Positions 29,423 to 37,527 of a stretch of 64,000 nucleotides of DNA are shown piece by piece. The number at the start of each line of letters is the position of its first letter. Position 1 is the stretch's first letter. Made by a program: the position numbers and the translations under genes. The stretch comes from Solirubrobacteraceae bacterium (GTDB lineage Bacteria; Actinomycetota; Thermoleophilia; Solirubrobacterales; Solirubrobacteraceae), in assembly GCA_036392135.1 (NCBI GenBank), contig DASVYO010000088.1:13131-77130 (forward strand), written 5' to 3'. A model generated the notes under the pieces. That model was not told the origin of the DNA, did no database searches, and was given only the letters and a program-made list of their open reading frames with translations.

Positions 29423-30262
29423 TCAACCGCCGAACGAGATCAGCTCACGGGCGACCGCCACCGGATCGTCGTAGGCCATCAGGAAGCCGGTGCCGGTCAG
29501 CGTCCGCAGCTGCCCGTCGGGCAGCAGGTCAAGCGCCTCTGTCGCCGCCTCCACGGGATGGGCCGGGTCGGAGTCCGCCCACAGCAGCAGCACCGGCATC
29601 GTCATCTCGAGGTAGGCGTCCAGGAGCTGGGTCTGGGCCTCGACGGGCCAGCGATGGGCGAACTTGGCCCACGAGCGTGCCCGGTTGCCGTTCCCGCCGA
29701 CGTCGGCAAAGGCGTGCCGGAGCAGGTCCCGGGCCGCCGGGCTGCCCTGGGCGGACAGGCGCGGTCCCAGCGACGGCCGGAAGACCACCCGTGCCCCGTG
29801 CGCGAGCACCCGGTCGAGACCCGGCAGGCCGCCCACGCGACAGGCGGCGCGCCAGGCCGCTCGCTGCAAGGGGAACTCATCCCGGCGATGGAGCCGGTTG
29901 GGCATGAGCACGAGGCGCGCCGGTTCGAGACGGCCGGTGCTGATCGCGAGCAGGGCCAGTTCGGCACCGAAGTCGTGGCCGGCGACGATCACCCGCGGAC
30001 CGCCGACCTCACGGCAGAAGCCGCTCAGGACATCGGCCAGCCAGTCCGGGCTGTACGGGTGCCGGGGACGGTCCTCGGAATCGCCGTGCAGCGGGAGATC
30101 GGGCAGGACGACGCGGAAGCGGGCCGACAGCGGAGCGACGATCGGCTCCCATTCGCGATGCGAGAGCCCCAGCGAGTGGAGCAGGACCAGAGCGGGACCG
30201 GTGCCGCTCTCCCGGTAGGCGACCCGGGCACTGTCGTGATGGTGGTAGAGCCGGAGCCGCAC
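29423..30262 (-). CDS. Alpha/beta hydrolase fold protein (Asp nucleophile position, catalytic His apparently absent)
   Basis: GTGPALVLLHSLG, PDLPLHGDS, AGHDFGA nucleophile elbow, LLLWADSDP, C-terminal GTGFLMAYDDP. Confidence 0.85.
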   Translation of the reverse strand: MRLRLYHHHDSARVAYRESGTGPALVLLHSLGLSHREWEPIVAPLSARFRVVLPDLPLHGDSEDRPRHPYSPDWLADVLSGFCREVGGPRVIVAGHDFGAELALLAISTGRLEPARLVLMPNRLHRRDEFPLQRAAWRAACRVGGLPGLDRVLAHGARVVFRPSLGPRLSAQGSPAARDLLRHAFADVGGNGNRARSWAKFAHRWPVEAQTQLLDAYLEMTMPVLLLWADSDPAHPVEAATEALDLLPDGQLRTLTGTGFLMAYDDPVAVARELISFGG

Positions 30263-30496
30263 AGCCTCAGATGATCGCCGCTGGGCGTGCGGGAGTCATC
30301 CGCGGAGCGCCAAGCGGCCGATTTCGCCCGAATTGCCCTGACCGCTCGTCAAATGCGCCCGGGCCCTGTAGACTCAGGAAATTGGTGAAGCTTGTCTGAC
30401 CACGGGGCTGGTGGTCGGGCGCAGGCGCCGCAGGACCGAACATCCGTTGATATTTTGCGAACCGGGGTGCGGAGACGTGATCTTCGCCCCAAAAGG

Positions 30497-30504
30497 TTGT
30501 GCAA
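30497..30504. promoter_or_regulatory. TTGTGCAA motif upstream of the BldC-like gene
   Basis: GTTGTGCAAT at 30496-30505 is identical to 32393-32402; related TTGCGCAG (30519) and TTTGGCAAA (30528) follow. Confidence 0.45.
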
Positions 30505-30546
30505 TAGCTGCGCGAGCTTTGCGCAGGTTTGGCAAATAACGCTGAA

Positions 30547-30780
30547 ATGCGAGACATGAACCAGATCAACGGCAGCCCGCTGGGCTTCTCCACCTCGCAA
30601 GCGGCACAGGCCCTCGGCGTATCGCTGGGGACGATCCGTCGTTGGTCGGACATGGGCTACCTGCAGTCCTACCGGACCCCGGGTGGTCAGCGTCGCTTCA
30701 GCCGTGAGCAGATCGAGAAGTTCGTCGGCTCCCTCGAGCAGCAGACCACTGACTCGGCCGCCGAGCGCAAGGCCGGCTGA
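30547..30780 (+). CDS. BldC-like / excisionase-type MerR helix-turn-helix protein
   Basis: FSTSQAAQALGVSLGTIRRWSDMGYLQSYRTPGGQRRFSREQI matches the BldC/HTH_17 pattern (RW...G.L.S.RT.GG.RR). Start ATG 30547 or 30556. Confidence 0.85.
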   Translation: MRDMNQINGSPLGFSTSQAAQALGVSLGTIRRWSDMGYLQSYRTPGGQRRFSREQIEKFVGSLEQQTTDSAAERKAG

Positions 30781-30819
30781 GCCGCGCCGCGTCGGGCTCG
30801 CGCTCAGCCTTCTTCGCGC

Positions 30820-32175
30820 TCAGCCTCCCGCGCCGGCTTCCCGGATCCGCCGCTCCATGTCGAGCTCGGTGTCGAAGTCGGCACGATCGGCGTGGCGATA
30901 CTCCACCCCCTCGCCGCTCAGCAGCTCGGCCAGTACCTCCACGTACCGACCCTCGAGCTGGGAGCCCGAGACGCGACGGAGCTCGCGCAGGGCCTCGAAC
31001 GAGCTCATCCGGGTGCGGTAGGTGTCGGCGGCGGTCAGCGTGTCATAGACCTCGGCCACGGAGATGATCTTGGCCAGCTCGGGGATCTCGTCCCCGGTCA
31101 GGCCGCGCGGATACCCGCGGCCGTCGATGCGCTCGTGGTGGGCGATGATGATCTCGGCCACCGGCCCGTACATGCCGAGGTCGCGCAGCATGTCGGCGCC
31201 CAGCTCGGGGTGGCGCTGGATCGCCGTCCAGTCCTCCTCGGTCAGCGTACGCCCGCGTTCCGCCACCCGGTCCGACAGCGCGAAGCGACCGATGTCGTGC
31301 AGCAGCCCCGCGGTGTGGGCCAGCTCGCAGTCGGCGTCGCTCATCCCCACCGCCCGCGCGATGTCCTGGGCGAATCGCGCCACGGCCGCGGCATGCCGCG
31401 AAGCAGCCTGGTCGCGGATGTCGAGCGAGCGCATCAGGCCGGCCAGCACGCCCCAGGACAGGGACACGTACTGCTCGGACCGCGCGCGGGCGCGCTCGAC
31501 CAGCTGCAGCATGTAGGTCAGCGCGAACACTGCGGTGAGGGCAAACACGATGCCGACCAGCCCGAGGCGCAGGTAGATCCCCGCGCCGGCCACGGCCAGG
31601 ATCAGGGTCAGGATCTGGCTTGGTGCGACCGACTTCTGCATCTCGAGGGTGAGGACACGGCGGCCATTGATGACCTGGCCGTACCAGGCGGCGATCACGA
31701 AGTTGAGCCCGATGTCGGCGATCGCGGCCAGGCTGACGACCGCATAGAAGGCGAGATCACCGTGCGGCCGCCCCGGGATGAGGGTGCGGACGATCATTCC
31801 GGCCACCAGGACCGGCAGCATCAGTGCGAACAGGTTGCTGATCAGCGCATAGGGCCGAGTCTTGATCCGCAGTGCTGTGGCCAGCTCGGCCAGAACCGCG
31901 ATCAGGGCCGCATAGGTGGGTCCCAGAAAGGCGGCCGCGAGCACGGCGACGATGACCGACGCCGAGATCGCGATCGAGATATGGCGGCCGAAATAGACCG
32001 CCGTCGCGCCGGAGGCAACGGCAGCAGCGCCCAGCACGAAACCCAACCCCCAGGTCGCCGACGGACCCGGCCGGGCTTCAAGGGCGGCAACGACTATGCA
32101 GAGAGGGAGGCCGACGACCAGCACAACCGTCGGCAAATCACGGCACCAACGTACGCCACGCCCGAGGCGAGCCAT
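30820..32175 (-). CDS. Membrane-anchored HD-GYP domain protein (c-di-GMP phosphodiesterase-like)
   Basis: About six N-terminal TM helices, then RHAAAVA, GLLHDIGR, IQRHPELG, HHERIDGRGYP, VAEVYD, YRTRMS. Confidence 0.9.
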   Translation of the reverse strand: MARLGRGVRWCRDLPTVVLVVGLPLCIVVAALEARPGPSATWGLGFVLGAAAVASGATAVYFGRHISIAISASVIVAVLAAAFLGPTYAALIAVLAELATALRIKTRPYALISNLFALMLPVLVAGMIVRTLIPGRPHGDLAFYAVVSLAAIADIGLNFVIAAWYGQVINGRRVLTLEMQKSVAPSQILTLILAVAGAGIYLRLGLVGIVFALTAVFALTYMLQLVERARARSEQYVSLSWGVLAGLMRSLDIRDQAASRHAAAVARFAQDIARAVGMSDADCELAHTAGLLHDIGRFALSDRVAERGRTLTEEDWTAIQRHPELGADMLRDLGMYGPVAEIIIAHHERIDGRGYPRGLTGDEIPELAKIISVAEVYDTLTAADTYRTRMSSFEALRELRRVSGSQLEGRYVEVLAELLSGEGVEYRHADRADFDTELDMERRIREAGAGG

Positions 32176-32393
32176 GCGCGCAACGTTAGCGCTGAACCAG
32201 ACGCGTTACGACCTAGCTAGACAAATCAGCAATTGCGCCAATGCATGCTGTACCTCCCTTCCCTCGGTGGGTCACGGCGCGGGATTACCTGCGAGGCTTG
32301 ACGCGAAGCCGAAGTGGGCTTTGCTTAGTTCCCTCAGGGACCCACCTTTACACGTCGACTGCACTAGTTTCCAGTCGCTTTTTGCCTTAAATG

Positions 32394-32401
32394 TTGTGCA
32401 A
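32394..32401. promoter_or_regulatory. TTGTGCAA motif upstream of CarH-like regulator 1
   Basis: 54 nt upstream of ATG 32455, in an AT-enriched divergent intergenic region. Confidence 0.45.
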
Positions 32402-32454
32402 TTTTACGCTCTTTGGCCGTGCTTAGCAACGCCGGACTCCAACTTTCTGGACAA

Positions 32455-33342
32455 ATGCGTTATCTGAAGACCAGCGAGGCGGCGGCGCTCCTGAACGTCA
32501 GCCCGAATACGCTGCGCGCCTGGGAGCGGCGGTTCGGTTTTCCCAAGCCGCAGCGGTCGCCCGGACGGCACCGGCTGTTCACGCACGGCGAGGTGGCGGC
32601 GCTGCGCGACGCGCTCCAGGAGGGACTGTCGATCTCCTCTGCAGTGTCCCGCGCGCGCGAGGGATTGGCGGCCGACGCCAACTCGCTGATCGGAGCGCTG
32701 GTCTCCTACGAACGCGAGCGGGCCGACCAGGCGATCGAGGCCGCGCTGGCCCTGCGGACGGTCGAGCGCTCGGTGGAGGAGGTCCTGCTGCCGACGCTTG
32801 AGGAGATCAACCGGCGCTACGGCTCGGAATCGGCGGCGTGGGCGTTCGCTGCCCACTGGGCCGGCGACTGGCTGCGGCGGGCAATGCGTCTCTCGCCGGC
32901 ACCGACCCGCCCCCTGTCGATCGTGGTCGGCGACGCCTCGCGGGATGAACTCGATCCCGACGCGCCCCACATTCGCGCCTTCGAGCTGTTCTGCTCCCGG
33001 GCCGGCGTCAACGTGCTCAGCCTGTCCGCCCGCGGGGTGGCCGGCATCGGCGACGCGGTGGCCGTTCACCGCCCCAACATGGTCGTGCTGGCGGGCTCCC
33101 ACCTCGACGATGACACGGTCGCGCGGTGGGCCTACGCGATCCGGCTGGCCACCGGCGCGATGCCGATCGCCGTCTACCGCCGAGGCGAGCCCCGGATCAG
33201 GATGAGGACGACGGGCGCGCGGATCCTGCCCGCTGCGGCCGGCCTGGCGCAGCACCGGATCGTCGAGATGATCGAATCCGAGCCGAGGCTCCCCGGCACC
33301 CTGCCCCAACCGGGCGAGATGCGGCGCCGGGCCAGCTTGTAG
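32455..33342 (+). CDS. MerR/CarH-LitR-like transcriptional regulator (HTH + helical bundle + Rossmann-like B12-fold domain), paralogue 1
   Basis: SPNTLRAWERRFGFPKPQRSPGRHRLF closely matches the CarH RxWERRYGFPKP..TPGGHRLY motif; C-terminal domains align by eye with CarH. Confidence 0.85.
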   Translation: MRYLKTSEAAALLNVSPNTLRAWERRFGFPKPQRSPGRHRLFTHGEVAALRDALQEGLSISSAVSRAREGLAADANSLIGALVSYERERADQAIEAALALRTVERSVEEVLLPTLEEINRRYGSESAAWAFAAHWAGDWLRRAMRLSPAPTRPLSIVVGDASRDELDPDAPHIRAFELFCSRAGVNVLSLSARGVAGIGDAVAVHRPNMVVLAGSHLDDDTVARWAYAIRLATGAMPIAVYRRGEPRIRMRTTGARILPAAAGLAQHRIVEMIESEPRLPGTLPQPGEMRRRASL

Positions 33343-33429
33343 ACCGGCGTACCCTTTAAGCACGACGCCAGGGCCGAGATTCCTTCTCGGCGAGAGCGAT
33401 CGACCAAAGTGCAAGGGGGGGTGCGGTTC

Positions 33430-33437
33430 TTGCGCAA
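33430..33437. promoter_or_regulatory. TTGCGCAA palindrome upstream of CarH-like regulator 2
   Basis: Perfect 8-bp palindrome 29 nt upstream of ATG 33466. Confidence 0.45.
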
Positions 33438-33465
33438 ACCTGCCGATACAGGCATAACTCGTCCT

Positions 33466-34347
33466 ATGAACGGCATTCGGACAAATGCGGCCGCGGTGAT
33501 GCTCGGGATCAGCCCGAACACGCTGCGCAGCTGGGAGCGACGCTACGACTTCCCCAAGCCGCATCGGTCGGCCGGTGGGCATCGCCAGTACTCCCTGGGC
33601 GAGATCGAGGCGCTGCGGATGACGCTCGCCGAGACCCACAACGTCTCCTCGGCGATCTCGCTGGCCCGCGAGCGCGGCGAGGGCCCGTCCACGTCCTCCC
33701 GCCTGAGCGCCGCCTTCGCCGCCTTCGATGAGGACACCGCCAACCGGCTGCTCGAGGAGAGCCTCGGCCTGCGCTCGGTCGAACGAACGATTGAGGAGGT
33801 CCTCCTGGACGCCGTTCGGGCTCAGGCCGAACCCGACGTGAGCACCGTGGAGTATGAGTTCGGCTGGCGCCACGCCACCGGATGGCTGTCGGCCCAGCGC
33901 CGGCTCGCGCCTCCGGCCACCCGTCCCGAGGGCGTGATGATCTTTGACGCCTCCGCGCCCTGCGACCTCGACGCGCTGCATGCCCAGGCGCTCGAGGTGG
34001 TCCTGCGCAGGGCCGGCCTGCGCACTCTGTCGCTGACCCCGGGCATCGACCTGACCCGTCTGGGACGGGCGCTGCGGGCGCTCGAGCCGCGCGCGGTCGT
34101 GCTGACCGGGCAGCGGGTGTCGCTGGACTCGATCGGACGGCTCGTGTACGCGGTTCGCTCGGTGGCCCGCGAGGTGGTCGTGTTCGACTACCGCGGCGCC
34201 GTCCCGGACACCGGGGCGAGCACCGTGCACCGGCTCGGAGACTCTCCGCTGGCCGCGCGGGATGCGCTCCTGGCCCGCCTGACGCCCGCGTCGGAGGAGC
34301 CCGGCGTGCCGCTGAGCGCGGTCCTCCCCGCGCATCACACCGCCTGA
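33466..34347 (+). CDS. MerR/CarH-LitR-like transcriptional regulator, paralogue 2
   Basis: SPNTLRSWERRYDFPKPHRSAGGHRQY; shares L..R.VER..EEVLL and DAS...LD...H segments with paralogue 1. Confidence 0.85.
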   Translation: MNGIRTNAAAVMLGISPNTLRSWERRYDFPKPHRSAGGHRQYSLGEIEALRMTLAETHNVSSAISLARERGEGPSTSSRLSAAFAAFDEDTANRLLEESLGLRSVERTIEEVLLDAVRAQAEPDVSTVEYEFGWRHATGWLSAQRRLAPPATRPEGVMIFDASAPCDLDALHAQALEVVLRRAGLRTLSLTPGIDLTRLGRALRALEPRAVVLTGQRVSLDSIGRLVYAVRSVAREVVVFDYRGAVPDTGASTVHRLGDSPLAARDALLARLTPASEEPGVPLSAVLPAHHTA

Positions 34348-34410
34348 GCGCGGTTTCCCCCCGCTCACGCCAACCGCCGCACGGCGCCGGGTTCATAGAA
34401 TCCCCCGCCC

Positions 34411-37400
34411 ATGTCCGCGCCCCATCGCCCCGTCGACGCGCGCGCCTCGTTCCCGCAGCTCGAGCAGCAGGTGCTGTCGCGATGGCGAGAGCGCGAGGTG
34501 TTCGCGCAGTCACTGACCCGCCGTGCCGACGCGCCCCCCTGGGGCTTCTACGAGGGCCCGCCGACCGCCAACGGCGCCCCCGGCACGCACCACGTGCTGA
34601 GCCGGGTGTTCAAGGACATCTTCCCGCGCTACCGGACGATGCGCGGCTACCGGGTGGAGCGCAAGGGCGGCTGGGACTGTCACGGGCTCCCGGTCGAGCT
34701 GGCCGTCGAGGCCGAGCTGGGCATGACGGCCAAGGCCGACATCGAGCGCTACGGCATCGCCGAGTTCAACGCCCGCTGCCGGCAGAAGGTGCTCAGCCAC
34801 GTCGAGGACTGGAACCGGCTGACCGAGCGCATCGGCTTCTGGATCGATCTCGACGACGCCTACCGCACCCTGGATGCCGGCTACGTGGAGTCGGTCTGGT
34901 GGGCGCTGAAGGAGATCGACAAGCGCGACCTGCTCTACGAGAAGCTGAAGGTGGTCCCCTACTGCACGCGCTGCGGAACGACCCTGTCGAGCCACGAGCT
35001 CGGCCAGCCCGACGTGTACCGCGATGTCGTCGACCCCTCGGTCTACGTCCGCCTGCCCGTCGACCGGCCCGCCGGACGCGCCCGGCAGGGTGACGAGCTG
35101 CTCGTCTGGACGACCACGCCGTGGACGCTGGTCTCCAACGCAGCGGTCGCGGTCGACGCCGAGCTGAGCTACGTGCGGGCGCGCGCCCCGGGGGGCCCGG
35201 TCCAGGTCACGGCCGAGGCGCTGGTCGAGAAGGTGCTGGGTGAGGGCGCCGAGATCCTCGAGCGCTTCCCGGGCGCCGAGCTGGTCGGCGCCGGCTACGA
35301 ACCGCCGTTTCCGTACATCCCCAGCGAGGCCTACGGGCCCCGGGGTCACACCGTGCTGCCGGCGGACTTCGTCACCGCCGAGGACGGGACCGGCCTGGTT
35401 CACACCGCGGTGGCGTTCGGTGAGACGGACTTCCGCCTCGGCGAGCAGCAGGGGCTCACGGTCGTCAACCCGGTGCGCAGCGACGGCACCTATGACGAGC
35501 GGGTCGGGCCCTACGCCGGCCGCTGGGTCAAGGATGTGGATGAGGATCTGATCCAGGATCTCCGCGGACGCGACCGGGTGCTCCGGGCCGAGCCCTACGA
35601 GCATTCCTATCCGCATTGCTGGCGCTGCCATACACCGCTGATCTACTACGCCAAGCCGTCGTGGTACATCGCCACCAGCCAGATCAAGGACCGCCTGCTG
35701 GGCGCCAACGAGACCGTCAACTGGTATCCGGAGCACGTCAAGCACGGGCGGTTCGGGAAATGGCTGGAGGGCAACGTCGACTGGGCTCTCTCGCGCGAGC
35801 GCTACTGGGGCACACCGCTGCCGGTGTGGCGCTGCGAGCGCGGCTGCACGAAGGTGGTGGGCAGCCTGGCCGAGCTGCGCGAGCGCTCCGGTGTCGAGCT
35901 CACCGACCCCCACCGGCCGTTCGTGGACGAGGTCACCTTCCCATGTGAGAACTGCGGGCAGGAGATGCGTCGCGTGCCGGAGGTGATCGACGTCTGGTTC
36001 GACTCCGGCTCGATGCCGTTCGCCCAGTTCCACGCGCCGCATCAGGACCTGGCCCGTTTCGAGGAGCACTTTCCGGCCGACTTCATCTGCGAGGCGCTCG
36101 ACCAGACCCGGGGCTGGTTCTACTCGCTGCTGGCCATCTCAGCCCTGCTGTTCGACCGGGCGCCGTACCGCAACGTCGTGTGTCTCGGCCTGATCCTGGA
36201 CGAGCAGGGCCGCAAGATGTCCAAGTCCCTCGGCAACACCGTGGAGCCCTGGGAGGTCATCGATCGCTACGGCGCCGACGCCCTGCGCTGGTACTTCTTC
36301 ACCTCCAAGCTGCCCTGGGACGGCTACCGCTTCTCGCTGGAGACGATCGGCGAGGCGGTCCGGCAGTTCCTGCTGCAGCTGTGGAACACCTACGGCTTCT
36401 ACGTCCTGTACGCCAACGCCAACGAGGTCGCTCCCGAGCCGTCCCCCTCGGGCGAGCGCACCGAGCTGGATCGCTGGGTGCATTCCCGGCTGCAGGCCAC
36501 CGTGGAGATCGTCATCGAGCGCCTGGACGATTTCGACGCCACGTCCGCGGGGCGCGCGATCCAGGAGTTCGTGGATGACCTCTCCAACTGGTACGTGCGC
36601 CGCTCGCGCCGGCGCTTCTGGGACGGCGACCCGGTGGCCTTCGCCACGCTGCGGGAGTGCCTGGTCACGGTGGCCAGGCTGAGCGCCCCGTTCACGCCCT
36701 TCATGGCCGATGAGATCTACGACAACCTGGACGGCGCCGAGCCGAGCGTGCACCTGTGCGACTACCCGGTGCCCGGCGAGCGCGACCCCGACCTCGAGGA
36801 GGCGATGACCGTCGCCCGCGAGACGGTGCGGCTGGGCCTGGCCGCCCGCGGACAGGCCAAGGTCAAGGTCCGTCAGCCGCTGCGCGCGGTCGTGGTCGTG
36901 GCCACCGGGCGCGAGCGAGCGGCGATCGAGCGCCTGGAGGCGATCGTCCGCGAGGAGCTCAACGTGCACCAGCTCCGCTTCGTATCGGAGGCCGACGAGC
37001 TGGGCGAGATCGAGATCAAGCCCAACTACCGCTCGCTGGGTCCCCGCTTTGGCGCTCAGATGCCGCTCGTGGCCGCGGCCGTGGCCGGACTGGACGGCGC
37101 GCGGGCGGCGGCCACGCTGCGCGACGGCGGCTCGGTCTCGATCTCGGTCCAAGGACACGATCACGGGCTGAGCGCCGAGGACCTGCTGGTCAGCATCCGG
37201 CCGCTGGCCGGCTACGAGGTCGAGCGCGAGGGCTCCCACGCCGTCGCGCTGGAGCTCGAGATCGATGATGAGCTCCGCGCCGAGGGCTGGTCGCGGGACA
37301 TCGTGCGCGCGGTCCAGAATGCGCGCCAGACCGGCGGCCTGGACATCTCCGACCGGATCGTGCTGACGCTGGACGGGGATGAGCGGCTGCTGGCAGCCGC

Positions 37401-37527
37401 TCGCATCCATCAGGACTACATCGCGGCCGAGGTGCTGGCCACCGAGGTCAGGTACGCCAGCCTGGACGGCGCCGAGCCCGTCCTGATCGAAGGCGCGGCG
37501 CTGAAGATCGGCGTCGAGCGGATCTAG
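34411..37527 (+). CDS. ileS: Isoleucine--tRNA ligase, type 2
   Basis: FYEGPPTANGAPGTHH, GGWDCHGLPVE, WTTTPWTL.SN, GTGLVHTA..FG, DWALSRERYWGTP, KMSKS. Confidence 0.97.
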   Translation: MSAPHRPVDARASFPQLEQQVLSRWREREVFAQSLTRRADAPPWGFYEGPPTANGAPGTHHVLSRVFKDIFPRYRTMRGYRVERKGGWDCHGLPVELAVEAELGMTAKADIERYGIAEFNARCRQKVLSHVEDWNRLTERIGFWIDLDDAYRTLDAGYVESVWWALKEIDKRDLLYEKLKVVPYCTRCGTTLSSHELGQPDVYRDVVDPSVYVRLPVDRPAGRARQGDELLVWTTTPWTLVSNAAVAVDAELSYVRARAPGGPVQVTAEALVEKVLGEGAEILERFPGAELVGAGYEPPFPYIPSEAYGPRGHTVLPADFVTAEDGTGLVHTAVAFGETDFRLGEQQGLTVVNPVRSDGTYDERVGPYAGRWVKDVDEDLIQDLRGRDRVLRAEPYEHSYPHCWRCHTPLIYYAKPSWYIATSQIKDRLLGANETVNWYPEHVKHGRFGKWLEGNVDWALSRERYWGTPLPVWRCERGCTKVVGSLAELRERSGVELTDPHRPFVDEVTFPCENCGQEMRRVPEVIDVWFDSGSMPFAQFHAPHQDLARFEEHFPADFICEALDQTRGWFYSLLAISALLFDRAPYRNVVCLGLILDEQGRKMSKSLGNTVEPWEVIDRYGADALRWYFFTSKLPWDGYRFSLETIGEAVRQFLLQLWNTYGFYVLYANANEVAPEPSPSGERTELDRWVHSRLQATVEIVIERLDDFDATSAGRAIQEFVDDLSNWYVRRSRRRFWDGDPVAFATLRECLVTVARLSAPFTPFMADEIYDNLDGAEPSVHLCDYPVPGERDPDLEEAMTVARETVRLGLAARGQAKVKVRQPLRAVVVVATGRERAAIERLEAIVREELNVHQLRFVSEADELGEIEIKPNYRSLGPRFGAQMPLVAAAVAGLDGARAAATLRDGGSVSISVQGHDHGLSAEDLLVSIRPLAGYEVEREGSHAVALELEIDDELRAEGWSRDIVRAVQNARQTGGLDISDRIVLTLDGDERLLAAARIHQDYIAAEVLATEVRYASLDGAEPVLIEGAALKIGVERI

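Noticed and set aside
30531-30560. c-di-GMP-I (GEMM) riboswitch-like GGCAAA..CGC-GAAA-GCG..GAC, and a similar GCAAA-CCTG-loop-CAGG at 33434-33452
   Set aside because: The second stem with GCAAAG and the tetraloop receptor are not visible, and the first element overlaps the start codon. An Infernal search with the c-di-GMP-I model would settle it.
32176-32454. Cobalamin riboswitch upstream of the CarH-like genes
   Set aside because: No GGGAA/B12-box conserved blocks recognised.
33442-33449. GCCGATAC as a sigma-28 (FliA/WhiG) -10 element
   Set aside because: No TAAA-like -35 at 15-16 nt spacing; not supported without TSS data.
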